Part shown: one piece after another, positions 40,974 through 51,029 of the stretch
Numbering within the stretch: the stretch's first letter is position 1
Layout of the letters: each line of letters begins with the position of its first letter
Assembly: GCA_963666985.2 (NCBI GenBank)
Contig: CAXXIA010000001.1
Location: forward strand, 192,001 to 256,000
From: Spirochaetia bacterium
Lineage (GTDB): Bacteria; Spirochaetota; Spirochaetia; DSM-2461
Length of the DNA stretch: 64,000 nt
Direction of reading: 5' to 3'
Program-made: the position numbers and the translations under genes
Notes under the pieces: generated by a model
What the model saw: only the letters and a program-made list of their open reading frames with translations
Told to the model about the DNA's origin: nothing
The model's database searches: none

Positions 40974-42938
40974 ATGGGAAAATTTGATCATGTGCTGTCA
41001 CCGTTTACAATCGGCAATGTTAAGCTGAAGAACAGGATTGAGCTGGCTCCTGCCTGTTACATGCTCGCCAGTCACGACGGGTATGTTACGCGGGAAATGG
41101 TTGCCTATTACCAGAATCTGGCGCGCGGCGGCGCCGGGATTATTACCATCGGTGAGTCTCCGATCGATCTTGAGTATGCCAGCGGCCATGAATTTCAGCT
41201 GAATCTGAACGATCCCAAGGTGATTAACGGCCTGAGCGTTATAGCCGAGAACGTTCATCGCTATGGAGCCAAGCTGTCGATAGAGATGACGCATTGCGGC
41301 CGTTACGTACTGAACAACAAGCAGACCATCGGCCCGAGCAATATCCCTGCTGAGATGGAAATACTCAAGGCAAGAAGGGAAGGCCGAAAGGTGAGACAAG
41401 TGATCGAGATGGACCAGGATATGATCGACAGAGTCGTCGAGCATTATGCCATCGCGGCCCATAACTGTCAGAGAGCAGGCTTGGAAATGATTATGATTCA
41501 TGCGGCTCACGGACATCTCATCCCCCAGTTCTTATCACCGATGACCAATAAACGGACGGACCGCTACGGCGGGAGCCTCGAAAACAGGGCGAGATTTGCC
41601 GTCGAGATTCTTAATGCCATTCGGGCCAGGGTTGGAAACAAGCTGGCGATTGAATGGCGTATCAGTGCCAACGAGCTTGTACCCGACGGACTGGTTGAAG
41701 AGGATACCATCGAATTCGTAAAGCTTATTGAAGACAAAATCGATTTGCTGCATGTTTCGGCGGGTCTTTTGAATGAGTCTCGCGTTATCCCTCATATGAT
41801 TCAGCCGACATATTTCCCGCATTGCTACAATGTGCACCGTGCCGAGAAGCTGAAAAAGGCTCTGAAGATACCGGTCGCTGCGATTGGGTCCATACACGAT
41901 ATGAGCGAGGCCGAGGAGGTTGTCGCCACGGGAAAGGCCGACATCGTTGCCATGGCCAGGGCCATCCTCGTGGATCCCGAGATTGTGAATAAAGCCAGAG
42001 CGGGTCTGGAAGAAGATATACGGCCTTGCTTGCGCTGCCATAATTGCAACAAATTGACGGCTGCTTTTTATCCGATTCGCTGCGCGGTTAATCCTATTCT
42101 GGGCCGAGAGTTGACATATATCCCGCTGGGTAAAGCCGAGACGAAGAAAAAGGTTGTAATCGTCGGCGGCGGCCCCGGCGGCATGCAGGCGGCGCTGACG
42201 GCCTCCCAAAGAGGACACGATGTTGTCCTGTTTGAAAAAAACGACAAACTCGGCGGTAATCTGCTTTTGGCGGCGGGCCTTAAAATCAAGGCGGATATGA
42301 GAGAATATCTGGCTTGGCTGATCCGTCAGGCTCAAAAAGCCGAAGGTGTTCTCTTGAAGGTGGGAACGGAAGCCACCGTTGATAATGTGAAAGCCGAAAA
42401 GCCGGACGCCATTATCGTCGCGGCCGGTTCCGAACCCCTTATCCCGCGTATCCCCGGATTTGACGGTGAAAATGTCGTCTGGGTCGGTGATGTCGATGCC
42501 GGATGCGCCGCGGTCGGACAAAATGTCGTTATTGCGGGAGGCGGCGCAACGGGTGCCGAGGCGGCACTTCAACTGGCCAAGGACGGCCATAATGTAACGA
42601 TGATCGATATGCTTGATTTTGGTACGCTGACTCCCGAATACCCCAGAGGACTTTTATTCCTGCTGGAGGATTATAAGGTTGATATGCGATTTGGCGTCAA
42701 GCTTGAGGAAATTACCGAGAAAGGCGTTACGGTTCTTGATTCCAAATGGAATCGGGTTGAGATTCCGGCGGATACGGTTGTCCTCTCCTTCGGATTTAAG
42801 CCGCGTACGGCGATGGTTGAAGCGTTTATGGCTTTGGAATCGCCCGTTACAAGGGTTTACCCGGTCGGCGACTGCCTGAAACCGCAGAACATCAAGGATG
42901 CCGTCCACGGTGGGTTCAACACGGCGGTGGAAATTTAA
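40974..42938 (+). CDS. OYE-family NADH:flavin oxidoreductase with FeS and FAD domains (2,4-dienoyl-CoA reductase/BaiCD-like architecture) #1
   Basis: LKNRI, ARGGAG, HAAHGHL..QFLSP..NKRTDRYGGSLENR, CLRCHNC..C, VGGGPGG, AGGGATG. Confidence 0.9.
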   Translation: MGKFDHVLSPFTIGNVKLKNRIELAPACYMLASHDGYVTREMVAYYQNLARGGAGIITIGESPIDLEYASGHEFQLNLNDPKVINGLSVIAENVHRYGAKLSIEMTHCGRYVLNNKQTIGPSNIPAEMEILKARREGRKVRQVIEMDQDMIDRVVEHYAIAAHNCQRAGLEMIMIHAAHGHLIPQFLSPMTNKRTDRYGGSLENRARFAVEILNAIRARVGNKLAIEWRISANELVPDGLVEEDTIEFVKLIEDKIDLLHVSAGLLNESRVIPHMIQPTYFPHCYNVHRAEKLKKALKIPVAAIGSIHDMSEAEEVVATGKADIVAMARAILVDPEIVNKARAGLEEDIRPCLRCHNCNKLTAAFYPIRCAVNPILGRELTYIPLGKAETKKKVVIVGGGPGGMQAALTASQRGHDVVLFEKNDKLGGNLLLAAGLKIKADMREYLAWLIRQAQKAEGVLLKVGTEATVDNVKAEKPDAIIVAAGSEPLIPRIPGFDGENVVWVGDVDAGCAAVGQNVVIAGGGATGAEAALQLAKDGHNVTMIDMLDFGTLTPEYPRGLLFLLEDYKVDMRFGVKLEEITEKGVTVLDSKWNRVEIPADTVVLSFGFKPRTAMVEAFMALESPVTRVYPVGDCLKPQNIKDAVHGGFNTAVEI

Positions 42939-43048
42939 CCGACAGAAAATCCTCCTGCCCGCCATCCGACGAGAGTTATTGAGCGGCTATTTACGATGAG
43001 GATTTGTGAAAAAATGACTGATATTCTGCCGTAAGTGAGGATATTAAT

Positions 43049-43543
43049 GTGGAAAACTCCGAAACGAAATACGGACGGCACATTGTGCAGTATCCCGCCG
43101 ATGTCTCGTTATGCGCGGGATGCGGGACGTGCGAAGCCGTGTGCGGCCTCATACACGAAGGCGTCACAAGTCCGTCGATAAAAAGAATTTTTTTAGTTCG
43201 CGATACGACGATGACGGAGGACATGCATAAAATTTATGCCTGTCAGCAATGTACCGACCATCCCTGCTATGATGCCTGCCCTAAAAAAGACAGCGCGATG
43301 TGTATTGACGAGGAAACGGGAGTCGTCTATGTCGATGCCGAATACTGTATCGGCTGCAAGCTGTGCTGGAAGGCCTGCCCGTTTGAGCCGAAACGCATTG
43401 CGTTTACCCTTGAAAAGCCGCGTAAGGCCCTGAAGTGCGACCTGTGCCGCGGAAGGCCGGAGGGCCCGGCCTGCGTGGAATACTGTCAGGTGCGCTGCAT
43501 CGGCCTGAGCGATCAGCCCGTACCCGGAAAGGAAGCGGAATAA
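43049..43543 (+). CDS. 4x[4Fe-4S] electron-transfer subunit (AOR partner) #1
   Basis: CAGCGTCEAVC, CQQCTDHPCYDACP, CIGCKLCWKACP, KCDLC..PACVEYC. Confidence 0.9.
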   Translation: MENSETKYGRHIVQYPADVSLCAGCGTCEAVCGLIHEGVTSPSIKRIFLVRDTTMTEDMHKIYACQQCTDHPCYDACPKKDSAMCIDEETGVVYVDAEYCIGCKLCWKACPFEPKRIAFTLEKPRKALKCDLCRGRPEGPACVEYCQVRCIGLSDQPVPGKEAE

Positions 43544-45615
43544 TGGATCAGCTTTACGGATATGTCGGGAAAATCGCCCGTATTAATCTCACCGACGGGA
43601 AGGTGACCCATGTGCCGACCGCCGATTACGTGCCCAAATACATCGGAGGGCGCGGTGTCTGTAATAAAATTTTCTGGGACGAGGTCGGCCCGGGGGTGGG
43701 GGCCTTCGATACCGAAAACAAGCTGATTTTCATGACCGGCGCAACGACCGCAACGGGTATCCCTACCGGCGGCCGGAGCACCATGTGCTCCATTTCCCCC
43801 AATAACATGCCCGAGCAGTATTGCTGGAGCGGTATCGGCGGCTGGTTCGGCACGATGGTGAAGTTTGCCGGTTACGACGGGTTTATCATTGAAGGAAAGG
43901 CTGCGGAGCCGGCATATATTTTTATCGACGATGATAAAATCACCGTTCACCCCGCCGGAGATTTGTGGGGGATGCTGGTGCATCAGACACAGAAGAAGCT
44001 CGAGGAAATCCTCGGAGACGATATCAACAGCATCGTAATCGGGCCGGCGGGTGAACATCTTGTGCGTAATTCCAGCATCACGACGAGTAACGACAGCGTC
44101 GCCGCCAAAGCGGGTTTCGGTGCCGTATTCGGATCGAAGAATCTCAAAGCCGTCTCCGTGAGGGGTACGGGGCAGGTTAGGGCCGGCAACGTCGAGAAAA
44201 TCCTGAAACTGCATAAAACGATGGGCAAACCGATCGGCAAGTTGAATCCGATCCAATACAAGGATTCGTTCACGCCGAGGCCCCATATTAATTTCCCTGT
44301 GCCCGGCGGCGTTAAGCAAGGCCAAGTGGCATGCAGCTACGGCTGCAATCAGCATTGCAATCTGATTCTTCTGGACGTGAAGGCGGGTATCGGCGGCAAT
44401 GAAAAAGGACGAACCAATGTCGTCAACAAGTGCGTGGGCATCTATGCGTACAAGATGATGGAAGACAGCGGATGGACACCGCAGATGTCCTACAATACGC
44501 CGCAAAACGATTATTCCGGCTGCCGATTCATATCCGGGGACGGTTTCACACCGGACAAGACCGACCCGGCCTTGCAGCAAGGTTATATGGAGCGCCATCT
44601 CGGCGACATCGTCAACTACTGGGACGGCGACTATGACCGGGGCAACGTTATCAACGATCTGTGCACCCAATATGGAATCGATCGTTGGGATGTTGTCGTT
44701 TGGTATATGTCCTGGCTGGCTATGGGGAAAAAGGAAGGCGTCCTGGACGATATCGACTTTGGACTCGGTATGGAGATTGATCCGTCCTCCGAAGAGTTCA
44801 TGAAGCGCTTTTTGGAAATGGTTGTTTACCGCAGGGGGTATTACGGCAACATTTTTGCCGAGGGAATGGCGCGGGCCATACGGACTCTCGGCATGGAGAA
44901 ATACGGCAAGACGATCTATAACGGCCGCATATCCCAGCGGACCGGCAACAAGCAGATGATTCCGATCAGTCTGGAATCGGCCTGGGGGCATTGCTGTCAC
45001 TGGGCCGGGCGCGGTTTTCAGGGTGCCAACGATATTACCTGCTGGCTGCCGATTGCCATGGAGCTGATGACTTCGACACGAGACGCGCAGACGAACACGC
45101 ATCATCATGATTCCTTTGAATATTACCTCGAGGTTAAAAATGACCCTTGCCACAATCCTCGGGTGGCCTCCTCGACGATTTTTAACGAGCATTGCGCCGA
45201 GTTGAAGGAATCGCTCATGAGCTGTGAATTCCAGCTGCCGCAGGTTTTTGATGCGGATATTGAAAGCGAGATGTACGAGGCCGCGACGGGAATAAAGCTG
45301 ACTCATGACGAGATTTATCAGGCGGCCGAACGCAACAAAAATCTCTTCCGCGCCATTTTGATCCGTAACTACGGACGAACGAGAGACCTGGAGGTAGGCC
45401 AGGTTTATCCGATCCTTACATATCCCGACGCCGACGGCCGGACCGTTTCGTGGGAGGATTTCAACGATCTGGTCGACATGTATTACGAGCAGAGAGGCTG
45501 GGACAAGAAGACCGGCTGGCCGACGCGCGAAACATACGAAAAACTGGGACTTAAAGACGTGGCCGACGAGCTGGAGTCCATCGGCAGGCTGCCCGACGAC
45601 CGGGATAAGGCATGA
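43543..45615 (+). CDS. Aldehyde:ferredoxin oxidoreductase-family W/Mo enzyme, atypical (YdhV/BamB-like) #1
   Basis: GYVGKIARINLT, YIGGRG, KFAGYDG, IGPAGE, GAVFGSKNLKA, YYEQRGWD..GWPT; TAATG overlap with the ferredoxin gene. Confidence 0.9.
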   Translation: MDQLYGYVGKIARINLTDGKVTHVPTADYVPKYIGGRGVCNKIFWDEVGPGVGAFDTENKLIFMTGATTATGIPTGGRSTMCSISPNNMPEQYCWSGIGGWFGTMVKFAGYDGFIIEGKAAEPAYIFIDDDKITVHPAGDLWGMLVHQTQKKLEEILGDDINSIVIGPAGEHLVRNSSITTSNDSVAAKAGFGAVFGSKNLKAVSVRGTGQVRAGNVEKILKLHKTMGKPIGKLNPIQYKDSFTPRPHINFPVPGGVKQGQVACSYGCNQHCNLILLDVKAGIGGNEKGRTNVVNKCVGIYAYKMMEDSGWTPQMSYNTPQNDYSGCRFISGDGFTPDKTDPALQQGYMERHLGDIVNYWDGDYDRGNVINDLCTQYGIDRWDVVVWYMSWLAMGKKEGVLDDIDFGLGMEIDPSSEEFMKRFLEMVVYRRGYYGNIFAEGMARAIRTLGMEKYGKTIYNGRISQRTGNKQMIPISLESAWGHCCHWAGRGFQGANDITCWLPIAMELMTSTRDAQTNTHHHDSFEYYLEVKNDPCHNPRVASSTIFNEHCAELKESLMSCEFQLPQVFDADIESEMYEAATGIKLTHDEIYQAAERNKNLFRAILIRNYGRTRDLEVGQVYPILTYPDADGRTVSWEDFNDLVDMYYEQRGWDKKTGWPTRETYEKLGLKDVADELESIGRLPDDRDKA

Positions 45616-46979
45616 GCGCCGATACAAAATTATTACTGGAACTCGGCAGGCGGCTGGAATTCATCCGCTATAGCCGATTGCCCCAAAAAACCGTCGACAA
45701 AGCGAAGATTGCCGTATTGAACTTCTTCGGCGGTTGCCTTGCCGGTGCAAGAGATTCATTGGTGCTGGCTGAAAAGGCCCTCTGGAAAAGCCAGAACTGC
45801 GGCGGCGACTGCGTCATACTGGGCAGCCGAGAGAGGATGTCTCCCTTGGCTGCGGCATCCGTCAACGCGCTCATGGGGCAGATTTTCCTTCTGGAGGACT
45901 GCCATGAAAACACAATCAGCCACCCCGGTGTTGTTGTTATTCCCATTGCCCTGGCGCTGGGGCAGAGCCTGAAGACCGACGGTCGTCGGGTTATCGAAGC
46001 GATCGTCGCGGGTTACGAGGGATTGGGACGAATCGGCTCCGTCCTGATCGCGCCGGGCTTCCCGGATTATGGCCTGCGCCCGGCCAGTACAATGGCGCCC
46101 TTTGGAGGCGCGGCCGCGGCGGCAAAGATGATGAATTTGCCGGCCGAAGGTTTCGCAGGCGCCTTGTCGATTGCCGGCAACACGGCGTCCGGAGTTATGG
46201 AATTTGTCAATGCCGGGACGCCTGATATCTGTATCCAAAATTGCTTTGCCGCCCAAAATTCCATGAAGGCGGCGATGCTGGCCGCAAACGGTATTGAAGC
46301 GTCTCCGGCGATATTGGACGGCCGATTCGGCCTGGGCCGGGCCCTAAACAGGCGGGACCTTGACTGGAGCCGTGCATTGGAAGAGCGGCCTGATTTTATG
46401 ATCGATGAATCGTTCATTAAGCGCTTCCCCGGCTGCGGCCATGTATTGGCGACGGCTCAAGCCTCATCGTCACTGGTCGGCCGTTATAAGATTAATCCCG
46501 ATGCTGTGGAGAAGGTGACCGTTTGGGTTCCCAGACATCGAAAGGAATTCCCGGGCGTGGATAATCCAGGGCCGTATTCCGGCACGATATCCGCGATGAT
46601 GAGCCACCAGTTCATGGCTGCCTCGGCCCTCGTTTTCGGGGAAATCAGCGTAAGCACTGTAAAAAAGTATCATCATCCCGAAATTACCCGGATGGCTCAA
46701 AGAGTTTTTATCGAGATCGATGAAGCTTCTCCTGATGGAGAGGGTGGACATGAAGCGGGTTCAAGACTTGAACTCCGGCTTAATAACGGAGAAACGTTCA
46801 CTGATTTTCAGGAGGACCAGCTACCGATGAATGCCGAAGAGGTCATCGTGCGCTTCAAGAAACATGCCGAAAGTTTTATGAAAGAAAATCAGGCTGACGA
46901 GGTTGTCGATAAAACGCTGAATCTTGATTCCCTGGAATCGGTCGGGAGTTTAATGAATCTTTTAGAGGCTGAAAATTAG
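45612..46979 (+). CDS. MmgE/PrpD-family protein #1 (divergent)
   Basis: EDCH...SHPG, AIVAGYE, ALSIAG, LDGRFG, IKRFPGC. Confidence 0.8.
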   Translation: MSADTKLLLELGRRLEFIRYSRLPQKTVDKAKIAVLNFFGGCLAGARDSLVLAEKALWKSQNCGGDCVILGSRERMSPLAAASVNALMGQIFLLEDCHENTISHPGVVVIPIALALGQSLKTDGRRVIEAIVAGYEGLGRIGSVLIAPGFPDYGLRPASTMAPFGGAAAAAKMMNLPAEGFAGALSIAGNTASGVMEFVNAGTPDICIQNCFAAQNSMKAAMLAANGIEASPAILDGRFGLGRALNRRDLDWSRALEERPDFMIDESFIKRFPGCGHVLATAQASSSLVGRYKINPDAVEKVTVWVPRHRKEFPGVDNPGPYSGTISAMMSHQFMAASALVFGEISVSTVKKYHHPEITRMAQRVFIEIDEASPDGEGGHEAGSRLELRLNNGETFTDFQEDQLPMNAEEVIVRFKKHAESFMKENQADEVVDKTLNLDSLESVGSLMNLLEAEN

Positions 46980-47032
46980 CGCTGCATAGCAGGCAAAGAT
47001 TTACGCACAAATCATATTTTGGAGATATAAAA

Positions 47033-47821
47033 ATGGACAGACTTAAAGGTAAAATCGCGATTATAACGGGTGCCGGTTCCGGCATGGGAAAAGCGACGGC
47101 GATCAAATTTGCGCAGGAAGGCGCGAAGGTTGTTGTTGCCGACATTGCAGGCGACAAAGCGGAGACCGTAGCCGCCGAAATACGTGCGGCCGGAGGGCAG
47201 GCCGTGGCCTGCCAAGCCGATATTTCTAAAAGTGAGGACTGCCGGAAGATGGTCAACGAGGCCGTTAAGGCTTTCGGCGGCCTGAATGTTTTGTACAACA
47301 ACGCAGCCTTGCCCCAGAAGGAAATCGAGTTTCAAAACTGCTCGGATGAAGAGTTTGAGCGCATTATGCGTGTTAACGTCCAGGGTGCGTTTATGGCATG
47401 CAAGGCGGCATATCCTCACTTTGTAAAAGCCGGCGGCGGGGCTTTTCTTGCAACGGCTTCCCTCGGCGCGATCATGCCGCGCGGCAAGAGCATCGCGTAT
47501 TCTCCTTCGAAGGCGGCAGTTATCTGTATGTATAAGGTGCTTGCCAGCGAGCTGGCCGGGGACAATATTCGTGCCAACGTGATTCTGCCTGGCCCGACAT
47601 CAAGTCCCATGCTCAAGCAGTTCATGGCAGGTGACCGCGCGTCGATGTCGGATAAGGATATCGCCGATGTCGTCAGTGCTTCGATGCCGTTCGGCAGCTG
47701 CGTCGAACCGACGGATATTGCCGATGCCGCCGTATTCCTCGCTTCCGATGAGGCCAGGATGATTACCGGAGAGACCCTCCTTGTGGACGGCGGACGCAGT
47801 GTTGCCCGCGGCAGGGACTGA
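47033..47821 (+). CDS. Short-chain dehydrogenase/reductase #1
   Basis: TGAGSGMG, NNA, YSPSK, IRANVILPG, ITGETLLVDGG. Confidence 0.92.
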   Translation: MDRLKGKIAIITGAGSGMGKATAIKFAQEGAKVVVADIAGDKAETVAAEIRAAGGQAVACQADISKSEDCRKMVNEAVKAFGGLNVLYNNAALPQKEIEFQNCSDEEFERIMRVNVQGAFMACKAAYPHFVKAGGGAFLATASLGAIMPRGKSIAYSPSKAAVICMYKVLASELAGDNIRANVILPGPTSSPMLKQFMAGDRASMSDKDIADVVSASMPFGSCVEPTDIADAAVFLASDEARMITGETLLVDGGRSVARGRD

Positions 47822-47842
47822 CATATAGGCCTCGTAAACTTT

Positions 47843-47883
47843 AAAAGCCGCCGCGGACTGAAAAGGTTTGTGGCGGCTTTTTT
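47843..47883. terminator. Bidirectional terminator ending operon A
   Basis: AAAAGCCGCCGCGGAC...GTTTGTGGCGGCTTTTTT. Confidence 0.75.
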
Positions 47884-48033
47884 ATATGATTGTTAAAGAA
47901 AAACAAGGCTTTGCCGTGAATGAATGAGCCCTTCACGGATTTTACCGCAAAGTGACACGACGATGTCCCTATCGGCGTTAGTGAAAGCCGCAATGGTAAG
48001 AATCTCGGGCAAGCCCCGGGAACTTATATGAAA

Positions 48034-49029
48034 TTAGGTGCTTTCGCGGATAACAAGTTCCGGTGTAACGGATAAAAGTTTTGTCGTCTCCTTTTTTTCC
48101 AAAACCGTCTGGAGCAGCTTGACCGAAAGGCTTCCCATGATATCCGTTTTATTGTCGACGGTAGTCAGCTGCGGATCACAGCAGATGGAAGAAGAGGTGT
48201 TGTTGTAGCCGATAATGGCGACATCTTCGGGAACCTTGTACCCCGCCTTTTTTAATGCGAACAATCCGCCCGCCGCCGTGATATCGTCGCCGAAAATAAT
48301 CGCGGAGAAGCTTTTGCCGGCGGCAATGATTTCCTTTACTGCCGCCAAACCGCCTTCAAAGCTGCGGTAGGTGTTGAAGATGGATTTTTCGTCCACAGGC
48401 AGTCCCAAAAGGTTCATGGCTTCGCGGAAGGCCTGCTTTTTTCGTTCGCCGCTGTACGTATCCGCGTCTTTAATATAAAGAATATTACTGTGACCTTTTT
48501 CCTTAAGATGTTCGACGCACAGTCTTACTCCGTGTGTTTCGTCTATAACGACCGAATACGTATTATTGGCCGGTATCTGGCAGTGGCTGAGTATGAATGG
48601 AATGTTTGAGAATTCGGAAAGCATAATCGTTTCCTGAAGCGTGTTCTTGAAAACGGAACCGATGCAGATGATACCGCAGACGCCAAGGTTGATCAGCATA
48701 TGCAGATATTCTTTGTTTTTTTCTATACTGCCGCCGGTATTGCATAAGATGGAGCTGTAACCGATTTGAAAGAGCTCACGCTCCATGGCGGCGGCCGTTC
48801 TTGTATAGTTGGGCGCCGTAATGTCTGTTGCCAGTATACCGATCGTTTTCGTGTGCTTTAGGACAAGGCCCCTTGCGATCGCGCTGGGACGGTAGCCGAG
48901 CTGACTGATGGCATCCTGAACTTTTTGTCGGGTTTCGGGTGAAACCCTGATTTTATTGTTAAGCACACGAGATACGGTGGCCGTTGAAACGTTTGCGATG
49001 CGGGCCACATCATAAATATTGATCTTCAT
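48034..49029 (-). CDS. LacI-family transcriptional regulator with CcpA-like HTH
   Basis: IYDVARIANVSTATVSRVLN, LGYRPSAIARGL, VPEDVAIIGYN, PQLTTV, LVIREST. Confidence 0.95.
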   Translation of the reverse strand: MKINIYDVARIANVSTATVSRVLNNKIRVSPETRQKVQDAISQLGYRPSAIARGLVLKHTKTIGILATDITAPNYTRTAAAMERELFQIGYSSILCNTGGSIEKNKEYLHMLINLGVCGIICIGSVFKNTLQETIMLSEFSNIPFILSHCQIPANNTYSVVIDETHGVRLCVEHLKEKGHSNILYIKDADTYSGERKKQAFREAMNLLGLPVDEKSIFNTYRSFEGGLAAVKEIIAAGKSFSAIIFGDDITAAGGLFALKKAGYKVPEDVAIIGYNNTSSSICCDPQLTTVDNKTDIMGSLSVKLLQTVLEKKETTKLLSVTPELVIREST

Positions 49030-49391
49030 TGAAAAATCACCACTGTTTTTTAGTTTGAGTTATATTCAGATATTGTACAGCCGCATCGGGATAATGCCGT
49101 TCAAAACATAAATAGACACATTATATCTTTATATGAGCAGAGGGCTTTCTGTCAACATTGCGTTGAGGCATTTCGTCACCCCCCATTTTTTTATGCCCAA
49201 AAATCGTAAGACATCATTGTACGGACAATCCCGGTTTCCTGGCCGTGTAACTTTCAAACGCTTTGCCGTCAATCGCCAAATCCTATCCAATTCCATCGCG
49301 GATCGCGAATCCATATTACGTGGTTTTTTGATTTTTTTCTGTATTCATTGCCACTGATTTGGATGCCGAGAAGCTTTCATGTAACAATTGA

Positions 49392-49420
49392 TTGACATGT
49401 TTTCAGAATAAGGGTAATTT
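49392..49420 (+). promoter_or_regulatory. Promoter of catabolic operon B
   Basis: TTGACA-17-TAATTT. Confidence 0.65.
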
Positions 49421-49431
49421 TATGAAACAAA

Positions 49432-49458
49432 GAGGAAACGCTTACATAATAATATCAT
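49432..49458 (+). promoter_or_regulatory. Island operator copy 4
   Basis: GAGGAAACGCTTACAT-AATAAT-ATCAT. Confidence 0.8.
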
Positions 49459-49547
49459 TTCATGTCAAAGAGGCTGCGTCGCGGCCGCATTGTTTTTGCA
49501 TAAATTGAGATCCGTAAAAAAATAATTCTATGAGGAAGACAAAAAAG

Positions 49548-50978
49548 ATGAGTCAACAAGCGAAGGAAACCGTGAATAAGAAACCGATAGCCGAGCAGAT
49601 TGCCGAGATTAGCGTCAATCTGAAGCTGGAGGACATTGACCGGAGAACCTTAGATAATGCGAAGATTTTTTTGCTGGACTGCCTGGGCTGTATCCTTTCC
49701 GGAAGTCAGGTTAATTCGGCCTTGTCGGTAAGAGCGGCCGGAAGCGAAATCGACGGTGACGGCGAGTGTACCATCATCGGGACAAACGGAAAAACAAATC
49801 CGATGCTGGCGGCCTTGATCAACGGAACGACGGGTCATAGTCAGGATTATGACGATGATCACCGTGAGGGTACGCAGCACTCTTCGGTCGCGGTTCTTCC
49901 GGGGGTGCTGGCTCTGGCTGAAAAATATGGGAAGAGCGGAAAAGAGACGCTTTTAGCCTATATTATCGGCTCCGATATGACGATTCGAGCCGGCGAGGCC
50001 TTTAACGGAACGTCGTATTACGCGGGCTGGCATCTGACCGGAACATGCGGCGTTTTCGGTTCGGCGGCCGGCGCGGCCAAAATCATGGGCCTCAACGTTG
50101 AGCAGACGGTCAACGCGCTGGGCGTGGCCGGCAGCACATCGGCCGGTCTGGGGGAATTCAACTCCTGCGGTGCATGGACAAAGCGTTTTCATGCCGGACG
50201 GGCATCCATGGACGGCGTTATGGCGGCTTACATGGGCAAAAATAACTATTTCGGCCCGCCGACGGTCTTTGAAGGTGACGAAGGCTTCCTTGTGTGTTTC
50301 TCGTTTAAGGGCACGGAGGAACATCCGGATCCGAACGGCGACTATAATGCCGATAAACTGATACGGAACTTCGGTAAAAAATGGGAGATGGCGGACAACA
50401 GCATAAAGCTGCACTCCTGCTGCCGTTTTACAAACAACTTCTGTGACTGTGCCATCGACATCAAAAATCAGGGCTGCGACATATCGAAAATTAAATCCAT
50501 TCATGCCGAATGTAATAAATTCACCGATACGAAACTGTGTCGGCCCACGGATGTTAAGCGACATCCTGTCAACATCGTCAACGCGCAGTTCTCACTGTTT
50601 TACGAAATTGCCTGTGGGCTCGTTAAAGGCCGCGTGCTTCCTGAATCATTCACTGAAGAAGCAATCAAGGACAAGGAAATCAATCGTCTGTGCGATCTGA
50701 TTACCTGGGAGATCAACCCCGATTTTGAGGCCGTTTACCCCGAAAAGTATCCGGCCCGTGTAACGGTGACGATGGAAGACGGCTCCACATATGTCGGCGA
50801 GGTGGAGTATCCCAAGGGCGATCCCGAGTACCCCGCAACCCGTGAAGAGGTTGTTGAGAAATTTCGCAACAACGCCGCCAATACAATCGGCAGCGTGAAG
50901 GCCGAGCGCATCATTAAACTCGTGGATAAATTTGAAACGCTTCCCAATCTCGACGAGCTGTTTGAGTGCTTAAAATAA
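49548..50978 (+). CDS. MmgE/PrpD-family protein #2
   Basis: HSQDYDDDH...HSS, GWHLTG, TKRFHAG, VFEG..GF, KLHSCC, PKGDPE. Confidence 0.9.
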   Translation: MSQQAKETVNKKPIAEQIAEISVNLKLEDIDRRTLDNAKIFLLDCLGCILSGSQVNSALSVRAAGSEIDGDGECTIIGTNGKTNPMLAALINGTTGHSQDYDDDHREGTQHSSVAVLPGVLALAEKYGKSGKETLLAYIIGSDMTIRAGEAFNGTSYYAGWHLTGTCGVFGSAAGAAKIMGLNVEQTVNALGVAGSTSAGLGEFNSCGAWTKRFHAGRASMDGVMAAYMGKNNYFGPPTVFEGDEGFLVCFSFKGTEEHPDPNGDYNADKLIRNFGKKWEMADNSIKLHSCCRFTNNFCDCAIDIKNQGCDISKIKSIHAECNKFTDTKLCRPTDVKRHPVNIVNAQFSLFYEIACGLVKGRVLPESFTEEAIKDKEINRLCDLITWEINPDFEAVYPEKYPARVTVTMEDGSTYVGEVEYPKGDPEYPATREEVVEKFRNNAANTIGSVKAERIIKLVDKFETLPNLDELFECLK

Positions 50979-51029
50979 TCTGAGTTCGGTATTTCGGTTT
51001 GTAATGTTATCAATATGGAGGCGGTTGGC

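Noticed and set aside
43513..45627. 704-aa minus-strand ORF (similarly 26621-27892, 41535-42590, 3197-4408, 30753-31721)
   Set aside because: Antisense shadows of well-supported genes; no recognisable motifs; explained by codon bias
34711..49431. Shared 14-mer TTTTATGAAACAAA at 34711-34724 and 49418-49431
   Set aside because: AT-rich, at different positions relative to the two promoters, and absent from the other two; cannot be separated from chance
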